Below, piece after piece: positions 18,438-25,837 of a stretch of 42,356 bases of DNA (position 1 is the stretch's first letter; each line of letters begins with the position of its first letter). The notes beneath the pieces are model-generated. The model was not told the origin of the DNA and ran no database searches. It was given only the letters and a program-made list of their open reading frames with translations. The DNA is from Actinomycetes bacterium (GTDB taxonomy: Bacteria > Actinomycetota > Thermoleophilia > RBG-16-64-13): contig JAJZQZ010000003.1 in assembly GCA_021802965.1 (NCBI GenBank), forward strand, positions 1-42,356, read 5' to 3'. Both the position numbers and the translations under genes were made by a program.

Positions 18438-18806
18438 ATGAGCGAGGAGACACCCACCTTCGCGTACTACCGCGGCGCCAAGCCGCCCCGATTCGCCACC
18501 CGCACCGAGCTCGAGGCCGCCCTCATCCTCGACTACCATCGGGTACCCTGGGAGTACGAACCGCGTACCTTCATCCTCGAGAAGGACGCCCAGGGCAACA
18601 TCGTCGAAGCGTTCACCCCGGACTTCTACCTGCCCGATCTGGATCTCTACATCGAGGTCACCCAGATGAAGCAGTCCCTGGTGACCACCAAGAACCGCAA
18701 GGTGCGCCGCCTGCGCGAGCAGTACCCCGAGATCCGCATCAAGCTGCTGTACAAGCACGACTTCGTCCAGCTGGCGAAGAAGTTCGACCTCGCGCCTCCC
18801 CGATGA
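18438..18806 (+). CDS. Small PD-(D/E)XK nuclease-fold hypothetical protein
   Basis: WEYEP, FTPDFYLP and YIEVT motifs; strong GC3 codon bias; ATGA overlap with hpt. Confidence 0.8.
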   Translation: MSEETPTFAYYRGAKPPRFATRTELEAALILDYHRVPWEYEPRTFILEKDAQGNIVEAFTPDFYLPDLDLYIEVTQMKQSLVTTKNRKVRRLREQYPEIRIKLLYKHDFVQLAKKFDLAPPR

Positions 18807-19357
18807 GCACCGAGGCGAGCCGCGGCCTCGTCGGCGACCCGTACCTGACAGCCGAGGCCCTGGCGCGGCGCGTGGCCGAACTCGGGGCCGAGATCACCCG
18901 TGACCACCGGGGGACCGACCTGCTCCTGGTATCGGTCCTCAAGGGAGCCCTCTTCTTCATGGCCGACCTCGCGCGGGCCATCGATCTGCCCCTCGAGATG
19001 GATTTTATGGCGATCACCTCCTACGAGATAGACAAGCGGGCCCGGCAGGGCGGAGGGCACGCCGCCATCAGGTTCCTGAAGGACTTGGACAAGCCCATAC
19101 AGAGCAGGAACGTGCTCATCGTGGAGGACATCATCGATACCGGCCTGACCCTGCACTACATCATGCGCAGCCTCTCCCTGCGCGAACCACTCTCCCTCGA
19201 AGTCTGCACCCTGTTCGACCGTCCGTACCGGCGTCTCGCCGACATCCCGGTCAAATACGTGGGCTTCACGGTGCCCGACGATTTCTTCGTGGGCTACGGC
19301 TTCGACTACCGCCAATTGCACCGCAACCTGCCCTACGTGGCTCACCTCAACATATGA
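18803..19357 (+). CDS. hpt: Hypoxanthine phosphoribosyltransferase
   Basis: VLKGALFFMADL, VLIVEDIIDTGLT (PRPP motif) and FFVGYGFDY...RNLPY motifs. Confidence 0.93.
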   Translation: MSTEASRGLVGDPYLTAEALARRVAELGAEITRDHRGTDLLLVSVLKGALFFMADLARAIDLPLEMDFMAITSYEIDKRARQGGGHAAIRFLKDLDKPIQSRNVLIVEDIIDTGLTLHYIMRSLSLREPLSLEVCTLFDRPYRRLADIPVKYVGFTVPDDFFVGYGFDYRQLHRNLPYVAHLNI

Positions 19358-20163
19358 CCGACGTCGAGGCATCTTCGGGCGTTCGGGTCGAAGAGGTTCA
19401 TTTCCACAGCCTGCGGGCCGCGGGGTGTCCGGAGGCCGAGCCGCCCCTGCTGGCCGGGACCTTCTTCGTGCCGACGCCGGCAAGCTCCGACCCCGCCGGA
19501 CAGACGCGCTTCCCGGGGCTCGTCGTCGGGCATGGCGCCGGCAGCAACCGCCACCGACATGCGTCCTTCTGCCAGATCGCCTGCACGGTCGGCATGACCG
19601 TCCTGAGCATCGATTTCCGGGGCCACGGAGAGAGCACCGGACTCGTCGACGGGCCCCTGGAAGCCGACGTCGTCGCGGCGGCCGCCGTGTTGCGCCGGCA
19701 CCCGTCGGTGCACGGAGGGCCGATCGGGTACCGAGGCTCGAGCATGGGTGGTTTCTACGGCCTCCGAGCGGCGCCGGAGGCCGCGTTCGCGGCGCTGTGC
19801 TTGCTCTGCCCCGCGAGCGAGGCGGTGCTGCTGCGGGGCCTCACCTCTTTCGATGAAGACACCCTTGCCGCCCGCGGGCTTTCGCTTCGAGCCGACATCG
19901 AGGCTCTACGGGCCTGGCTGGAAGCTTCCGACAGTCTCGCGGTCGCCGCCCGCGTGAGCGACCCGGTGCTGCTCGTGCACGCCCGGGGCGACGACGTGGT
20001 GCCGCTCGACCACTCCCTGGCCCTGGCGGCGGCGTTGGCGGGACCGGTCGAGACGATGATCCTGCCCGGCGGCGGCCACGGGACGGCACAGGCTTCGCCG
20101 GAGTTGCACCGGCGGACCAGCGAGTGGCTGGTGGGGCGTCTACGCGAGGCGAGGCGGGAGTAG
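19354..20163 (+). CDS. Alpha/beta hydrolase
   Basis: HGAGS, DFRGHGES, nucleophile elbow GSSMGG, HARGDDVVP and GGGH (Ser-Asp-His triad). Confidence 0.88.
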   Translation: MTDVEASSGVRVEEVHFHSLRAAGCPEAEPPLLAGTFFVPTPASSDPAGQTRFPGLVVGHGAGSNRHRHASFCQIACTVGMTVLSIDFRGHGESTGLVDGPLEADVVAAAAVLRRHPSVHGGPIGYRGSSMGGFYGLRAAPEAAFAALCLLCPASEAVLLRGLTSFDEDTLAARGLSLRADIEALRAWLEASDSLAVAARVSDPVLLVHARGDDVVPLDHSLALAAALAGPVETMILPGGGHGTAQASPELHRRTSEWLVGRLREARRE

Positions 20164-20223
20164 GTCGGTGCCCGTCTCGCCCGGCCGCGTACCCAGGTGC
20201 GGCGGTTTGCTACCGGGCGTTTC

Positions 20224-20838
20224 CTACCGGGCGCTTGCGGCGTACTTCAAGAAGACCCCGAGGGCCCTCTCGATCGGGTCCAGACCGATGGCGGCCTCTC
20301 CGCGGTCGACGCATTCACGCATGCGGTGGCTGATGAGATGGATGCCCACGCGGTCGAGGGCGGACTTGACCAGGGCGAGCCGAGTCAACGCGACCTCACA
20401 TTCGGAGCCGTCCTCTACGGTATCCCGGACGCCGCGCACCCGCTCTTCGATCGTCGCGAGACGCTCAAGCACGTCGCGCACTTCGTCGGTCCCGACGTGC
20501 AACGGCTGGCGCCGATACGAAGCGCCGTCGTCGCCCACGCCTTGCCGATATCGGAGGAACAGTTCAAAAGCCTGTTCGAGCTCGGCCTCCTCGGCCACTC
20601 GGTCTGAGCCTCGACCCATGCACTCACGCATCTGATGGCTGATGAGATGGACGCCCACGCGGTCGAGAGCGGAGCGCACCGCGGCCAGCTGCGTGAGGAC
20701 GGCTTCGCACTCCTGACCTTCCTCGACCATCCTCTGCAGGCCGCGAACCTGACCTTCTACGCGTCGAAGCCTGTTGAGCACGCGGTCTATCTCTGAGGTG
20801 CCGGCCTGGTCCGTCCGACCGTCGGTCTCAGTTGCCAT
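20224..20838 (-). CDS. CsoR/RcnR-family metal/sulfur-sensing repressor with two tandem domains
   Basis: Domain 1: LNRLRRVEGQVRGLQRMVEEGQECEAVLTQLAAVRSAL...HQMREC. Domain 2: LERLATIEERVRGVRDTVEDGSECEVALTRLALVKSAL...HRMREC. Confidence 0.9.
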   Translation of the reverse strand: MATETDGRTDQAGTSEIDRVLNRLRRVEGQVRGLQRMVEEGQECEAVLTQLAAVRSALDRVGVHLISHQMRECMGRGSDRVAEEAELEQAFELFLRYRQGVGDDGASYRRQPLHVGTDEVRDVLERLATIEERVRGVRDTVEDGSECEVALTRLALVKSALDRVGIHLISHRMRECVDRGEAAIGLDPIERALGVFLKYAASAR

Positions 20839-20875
20839 CGGTAACCCCTTCCCCGCGGACAGTCCTCTCGCTCAC

Positions 20876-20901
20876 TACCCCGCAGTATACCCCCCTGGGT
20901 A
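20876..20901 (-). promoter_or_regulatory. Tandem CsoR-type operator overlapping the -10 box (TATACT on minus strand)
   Basis: TAC-CCCGCA-GTA followed by TACCC-CCCT-GGGTA, i.e. G/C tracts flanked by TAC/GTA inverted repeats. Minus-strand TATACT at 20884-20889 lies upstream of the repressor start. Confidence 0.75.
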
Positions 20902-20929
20902 ACGAAGGAGCAAGCGGAAGGGGGGAAGA

Positions 20930-21005
20930 TGGAGCGGAGTACGGGATTCGAACCCGCGACATCCAGCTTGGGAAGCTAGCACTCTACCAACTGAGTTAAC
21001 TCCGC
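20930..21005 (-). tRNA. tRNA-Gly (CCC)
   Basis: Reverse complement GCGGAGTTAACTCAGTTGGTAGAGTGCTAGCTTCCCAAGCTGGATGTCGCGGGTTCGAATCCCGTACTCCGCTCCA: cloverleaf, anticodon CCC, encoded CCA. TACAAT -10 at 21033-21038. Confidence 0.98.
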
Positions 21006-21152
21006 CCGCCATGCCCGTCGGACAACGGCGGGATTGTATCACAGTACCGGCCCCGGAGACGCAGCCGGTGTCCGCTCTCCGCGGCCGCCTCGGCCGCTGT
21101 TGAAGTACGCTTTTTGCGGGTATTTCTATTCAACGGACGACGTCCGAACGGG

Positions 21153-21181
21153 TTGACAGTCGGTGGGGCTGGGAGTAGTAT
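21153..21181 (+). promoter_or_regulatory. Near-consensus sigma70/SigA promoter TTGACA-N17-TAGTAT
   Basis: TTGACA at 21153-21158, a 17-nt spacer, TAGTAT at 21176-21181; predicted +1 near 21187-21188. Confidence 0.8.
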
Positions 21182-21187
21182 GTTGAC

Positions 21188-21340
21188 GAGTCCCGAGAGT
21201 CCAGACGCAGCGTCAGGAGCTTCTCACAAGGGCCGGTGCAGAGGAAACGCGGAGGTAAATGGCCGCGGAGTACGAAGAAGCACAGGCGAGTGAAAAGCGT
21301 TGAGAGACGCAAAGCGAGCTCACTCGGGACTCTCTCTTGT
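21188..21340 (+). ncRNA. Candidate structured non-coding RNA / leader (family not recognised)
   Basis: Starts at the predicted +1. Closed by a 10-bp perfect stem (21188-21197 with 21323-21332) with several nested helices, then a pyrimidine tract. Confidence 0.5.
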
Positions 21341-21447
21341 TCCCCCCCCCCTCTTTCTCACCGTGCGCCCCAATGCCCGGCTCTCCGGCTATACTGCTCG
21401 AGGGGGCCGACGTCGCCACGCGGTGATGCCGGCAGGTAAGGGGGGGC

Positions 21448-22824
21448 ATGGACGGCGACAGCACTCGGTTGACGCTCACTGGGATCAAGGCGCCGCTCAT
21501 CATGGGCGGGTTCCTCGCTGCGATCCAGGCCGGCGTGGTCCTGGGCATCCTCTACGCGGTCGGCCACGACGTGGCCTGGGGCGAGGCCGCCCTCGTCCCG
21601 CTGGTCCTGCTGTCGACGATCGCCATCGTGGTGTGGATCGGTCTCGGTCGCGACACGTTCCAGGACATATCCCACCAGAAAGCCATCCAAGCCGAGGGCA
21701 TCCTCGACATCGTCATCGAGTCGCTGCCTCACCTGCGCCAAGGCCTGAATGCCGAGTCGGCTCGGGAAGTCTCGTATCTCATCTTTGGAAAGCTTGATTT
21801 CGACGCCGTCTCCCTCACCGACACGACCAGCATCCTCTCGTTCGTCGGCGAAGGAGAGAATCATCATCTTCCGGGGATCAAGATCCAGACCAAGGCGACC
21901 CTCGACGCTCTTCAGTCGGGCGACGTGCAAGTCGTGAGCAAGCAGTGGAACATCGGCTGCCCCTACCTGGACTGCCCGCTGCACTCGGCGATCATCGCAC
22001 CCCTCATCGTGCGGGACCGCGCGGTCGGCTCATTGAAGTTGTACTACTCGCGGCCCAAGGACATCGGCGACCTCGAGCGCGCCGTGGCCCTCGGCCTCGC
22101 CCGTCTGCTGTCGAGCCAGCTCGAGTTGGCGGAACTCGACACCCAGCGCCAGGCGGTCTTGGCGGCCGAGTTGCGGGCGCTGCAGGCCCAGATAAACCCG
22201 CACTTCCTGTTCAACTCGCTGAACACCATCGCCATGTTCTGCCGTACCAAGCCCTCCGAGGCCCGGCGCCTGGTGCTCGCCTTCGCCGACTTCTTCCGGC
22301 ACACCCTGCAGAGCCCCCAGGACTTCATCACGGTCCGCGAGGAACTCGAGTACCTGGACTGCTACCTGGAGCTCGAAAAGGCCCGTTTCGGCCCCGAGTT
22401 GGTGGTGGAGCAGCACACCGACGACGACGTGCGTGACCTCTTCATCCCCCCCCTGATCATCCAGCCCCTTGCCGAGAACGCGGTGAAGCACGGCAAGGGC
22501 GCCGGAGGCACGCCCCTCACGTTGCGGATCGGCGCTTCCCGGCGAGACGGGCGCCTGCGGGTCACGGTCGAAGACAACGGCGTGGGCTTCGATCCCGCCG
22601 TGCTCGACGAGATGCGGCGCTGGGGACCCTCCCAAGAGCACGGCATCGGGATATTCAACGTTCACCGCCGGCTGAACGCTTTCTACGGCAAGCAGGCGGA
22701 GCTCATCTTGGGGAGCGACGACGCGGGCTCCATCGTCGGATTCAGCATCCCCCTGGCCCTCTGCCAGCCGGACGACGACCAGGTCGCCGCGCTGAACGCT
22801 CCGGGCCTCGAAATCCCGGCCTGA
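21448..22824 (+). CDS. LytS/YehU-family sensor histidine kinase (2 TM, GAF-like, His_kinase, HATPase)
   Basis: ELRALQAQINPHFLFNSLNTI, YLELEKARFG, IQPLAENAVKHG, VEDNGVG and GIGIFNVHRRL motifs; GC...CPL.SAII.PL GAF-like segment. Confidence 0.93.
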   Translation: MDGDSTRLTLTGIKAPLIMGGFLAAIQAGVVLGILYAVGHDVAWGEAALVPLVLLSTIAIVVWIGLGRDTFQDISHQKAIQAEGILDIVIESLPHLRQGLNAESAREVSYLIFGKLDFDAVSLTDTTSILSFVGEGENHHLPGIKIQTKATLDALQSGDVQVVSKQWNIGCPYLDCPLHSAIIAPLIVRDRAVGSLKLYYSRPKDIGDLERAVALGLARLLSSQLELAELDTQRQAVLAAELRALQAQINPHFLFNSLNTIAMFCRTKPSEARRLVLAFADFFRHTLQSPQDFITVREELEYLDCYLELEKARFGPELVVEQHTDDDVRDLFIPPLIIQPLAENAVKHGKGAGGTPLTLRIGASRRDGRLRVTVEDNGVGFDPAVLDEMRRWGPSQEHGIGIFNVHRRLNAFYGKQAELILGSDDAGSIVGFSIPLALCQPDDDQVAALNAPGLEIPA

Positions 22825-22967
22825 TGCCCGACCGGCTGACCCGCCACACGCCGACCACGGGCCGGGGTCGCTACGGTTCCTGGGACCTATCCCTCGACCG
22901 GGATCCCGCCCTCCAGGAAACAACAGGCAAGGACGACCGGCAGGACAAGACGGGCGGCCCGCACGCC

Positions 22968-23237
22968 ATGGAGGATCGGGAGCATCCCGACGAGGAGCAG
23001 GTCCTCCTGCTCATACGCCGGCAACGTCGCCTCAGCCTGACCATGGCTGTGCTTCTTTTCGGGCCTGTCTTCGCCTTCGTCGTGGCGGCGATAGAGTTTC
23101 AAGGCGCCATGGCCGTTCCTGTCTGGCACGGTTTCAGCGTCAGCTTCCTGCTGGCCGCCGTCGTCGTGTATGTGGTCACATGGGTGGTGGCGATCGTCTA
23201 CGCCGTCCTCTCCAATCGTATGGACGGGCTGCGGTGA
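22968..23237 (+). CDS. DUF485-like small membrane protein (ActP partner)
   Basis: Two TM helices after RRQRRLSL, and a C-terminal Y...SNRMD. GTGA-coupled to the SSS symporter. Confidence 0.8.
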   Translation: MEDREHPDEEQVLLLIRRQRRLSLTMAVLLFGPVFAFVVAAIEFQGAMAVPVWHGFSVSFLLAAVVVYVVTWVVAIVYAVLSNRMDGLR

Positions 23238-24880
23238 CAGGCATACCCATCTTCTCTCTCGTCTTCGGCATCGGGATCCTTGTGCTCAGCCTGGTCATCG
23301 CGTGGAACCTGCGCAGGGTGCAGAAGACCGCGGCGGATTACTACCTCGCCGGGCGGGGGATCGGCGTCCTGCAGAACGCCTCCGCCATCTCGGCCGACTA
23401 CATCTCGGCCGCCTCGTTCCTCGGAGTTTCGGGCCTGACATTTCTTCTCGGATACGAAGGCCTCTACTACGCTTTCGGCTTCTTCCTGGGGTTCGCCGTC
23501 GTGCTCTTGTTCATCGCCGGTCCCCTGCGCAAGTTCGGGCAGTACACCATCCCCGACTTCGTGGGAGGACGCTTCCACTCGAGCCCGGGACGGGCGGTCG
23601 CCCTCGTATGCGTCCTGGTGATAAGCCTCTTCTACACCGCCCCCCAGATGCTGGGCTCGGCCAAGATCCTGCTGGTGCTCGTGGACATCCCGTACCCGGT
23701 GGCCGTCGCGCTGGTGGCGGGATCGATCACGACCTTCGTGGTCCTGGGCGGCATGCGCGGAGCGACCCTGACCCAGATGTTCCAGTTCTGGGTCCTGTGG
23801 TGGGCGGTGGCGTTCATCGCCCTCCTGCTCTGGAGCCGCGGGATGAGCTACGGCAGCGTCATGACCGGGCTTCAGAGCCTTACCAGCCAAGCGACGGGCA
23901 ACGGGACCCTTCAAGGGGGCTACTTCCAAGGCGGCACCCACTACTCGCTTCTCGGCACCCTTTCTCTGCTGGTCGCCCTCGCCTGCGGCACCGCCGGTCT
24001 CCCCCACATCCTGGTACGCCTCTACACCAACCCCGATCGAGCCAGGGCGCGATGGAGCGTGGTGCTCGTGCTCGTCTTCATCGGCACCTTCTACATCATG
24101 ACCCCTTACATCGGGCTGGTGGTTCGCAGCCTCTACCTGCAAACACAGCAGGGCACGCTCGCGGGCCAAAATGCCCTGTCCCCGGGGATCATGTCCTGGC
24201 TCGCATCGGACGGGCAGAACCTCGCCTTACCGGCCGCCGCGGCGCATTACGGCGGCCAGCTGGGTCTCGGGCTTGCCGTGGCCGGGACGTTAGCGGCCGT
24301 CCTCTCTACGGCAGCGGGCCTGCTCGTGGTGACCGCCGGCGCCCTCGGCCACGACCTCTACTACAGCCTATACAACCCGGAAGCCAGCGAACGCACCCGG
24401 GTGCTCGTCGCCCGGGCATCGACCGTGCTCATGGGGGTCATCACGTTCCTCCTCGGTTTGGCCGTGGAGGACATGCAGATCGCCGTCCTTGTGGGACTGG
24501 CGTTCGCGCTGTCGGCCTCGACGCTCTTCCCCGTGCTGGTGAGCGGCCTCTGGTGGAGACGCATGACCGCCTCGGGCGCCGTGGCGGGGATGTTGGCAGG
24601 CCTGGCCTCGAGCCTGTTCCTCATTTTCGGCAAGAGCCTGCTGCCCAGTCGACTCCAGATGGAGAACCCAGGCGGGATCAGCATGCTGCTCAGCTTCACC
24701 GCCATCTACGTGGTCTCTCGCATCGACGGCCGCGTCCCCGCCGACGTCGACCGCTTCATGACCCTTGTGCACGGGACCTCCCAAGAGCGGCGCCTGCGTA
24801 CCACGGAGCAGCTCAAGAGCCGCAGCTCGTTCACCGATCTAGGCCGGCGTGCGCCCGCCCCTCGCGAGGATCATCGCTGA
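23234..24880 (+). CDS. Cation/acetate symporter ActP-like (sodium:solute symporter family)
   Basis: DYYLAGRGI..LQNASAISADYISAASFLG, PLRKFGQYTIPDF, GGMRGAT, GTAGLPHILVRLYTNPD and AFALSASTLFP motifs. Confidence 0.93.
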   Translation: MTGIPIFSLVFGIGILVLSLVIAWNLRRVQKTAADYYLAGRGIGVLQNASAISADYISAASFLGVSGLTFLLGYEGLYYAFGFFLGFAVVLLFIAGPLRKFGQYTIPDFVGGRFHSSPGRAVALVCVLVISLFYTAPQMLGSAKILLVLVDIPYPVAVALVAGSITTFVVLGGMRGATLTQMFQFWVLWWAVAFIALLLWSRGMSYGSVMTGLQSLTSQATGNGTLQGGYFQGGTHYSLLGTLSLLVALACGTAGLPHILVRLYTNPDRARARWSVVLVLVFIGTFYIMTPYIGLVVRSLYLQTQQGTLAGQNALSPGIMSWLASDGQNLALPAAAAHYGGQLGLGLAVAGTLAAVLSTAAGLLVVTAGALGHDLYYSLYNPEASERTRVLVARASTVLMGVITFLLGLAVEDMQIAVLVGLAFALSASTLFPVLVSGLWWRRMTASGAVAGMLAGLASSLFLIFGKSLLPSRLQMENPGGISMLLSFTAIYVVSRIDGRVPADVDRFMTLVHGTSQERRLRTTEQLKSRSSFTDLGRRAPAPREDHR

Positions 24881-25824
24881 CAGCCGGGGCAGTACGCCGT
24901 CCCCCGACCCGCTACGACCACCCGGACGAGTGTCCCTCCGCACCGCACGCAGGGCTGACCTTGGCGCCCGTAGGCCCGCAGCGTCCGCTGGAACCCCCCG
25001 CCCGACCCCAGCGTGTCGACGAAGTCGCTGATCGAGCATCCCCGGAGCCGCACGCCCTCGTCCAGGCGCGCCTTGATCTCCTGGGCCAGGCGCTCGATCT
25101 CGTCGCGGTCCAGGGAGCCGGCGGGTCGCAGTGGCGACAGGCCCGCCCCGAACAGGATCTCGTCGGCGTAGATGTTGCCGATGCCGGCCAGCCTGCGCTG
25201 ATCGAGCAGGAAGGCCTTAAGGGGCGCCCGGCGGCCCGCCAAGGCCGCCGCGAGCACCTCGGCGTCCCAGTCTCCGCCCGGCCACGCATCGGGCCCCATC
25301 CGCGCGACGCGGGAGGGCGGTTCGTCTCTGCCGAGCTCCACCCGGCCGAACTTTCGCATGTCGCGAAAGACCAGCTTGAGAGAGGGGTCGTCACGCTCCG
25401 AGTCCGGGCCGGGGACGGGGTCGCTCAGCAGGAAGACGAAGCGGTCGTGGGCCGGCGATCCGCGCCGCGCCTCGACGGCGCCCCGGCGCCGGCCGGGGTC
25501 GGCTGTGGGCTCTCCAACGGGGGTGTCGCTCGGGCGCTCCTCTTGGAGAAGCAGTTGGCCGGTCATCCCCAGGTGGATGGTGAGAAAGAGGGGACTATCG
25601 TCGAGCTTCCCGGCCCCTGCTCCGGGTTCCAGGATGAGCAAGATGAACTTGCCCCGACGGTCGACGGCGAGGATGCGGCGGCCCGGTAGGGCCGCCGCCA
25701 GCGTTTCCGGCGTGACGTCCCTGAGCATGGCGGGTTCGATGGCGGCCACGGCGAGGATGCGGCGGCCCGGCAGGGCCGCCGCCAACTGCCGGCGGACGGT
25801 CTCGACTTCGGGTAGCTCGGGCAC
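24871..25824 (-). CDS. mutM: Formamidopyrimidine-DNA glycosylase
   Basis: N-terminal PELPEVET, RRGKF, HLGMTG, D.RKFG, LLDQ..AGIGNIYADE and a C-terminal CxxC...CxxCQ zinc finger. Confidence 0.96.
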   Translation of the reverse strand: MPELPEVETVRRQLAAALPGRRILAVAAIEPAMLRDVTPETLAAALPGRRILAVDRRGKFILLILEPGAGAGKLDDSPLFLTIHLGMTGQLLLQEERPSDTPVGEPTADPGRRRGAVEARRGSPAHDRFVFLLSDPVPGPDSERDDPSLKLVFRDMRKFGRVELGRDEPPSRVARMGPDAWPGGDWDAEVLAAALAGRRAPLKAFLLDQRRLAGIGNIYADEILFGAGLSPLRPAGSLDRDEIERLAQEIKARLDEGVRLRGCSISDFVDTLGSGGGFQRTLRAYGRQGQPCVRCGGTLVRVVVAGRGTAYCPGCQR

Positions 25825-25837
25825 CGGGCGCGCGGGC

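Noticed and set aside
17013-18758. Apparent 581-aa LysA with an N-terminal extension
   Set aside because: The extension overlaps the divergent 18438 gene in antisense; LysA similarity starts at ATG 18332.
20930-21005. tRNA-Gly as an island attachment site
   Set aside because: I noticed no duplicated tRNA 3' fragment, integrase or transposase in the window.
21188-21340. Assignment of the candidate RNA to SRP RNA, tmRNA, RNase P, 6S or a known riboswitch
   Set aside because: It lacks the signature sequences I can recognise (SRP domain IV, tRNA-like ends, aptamer consensus), so it is left unassigned.
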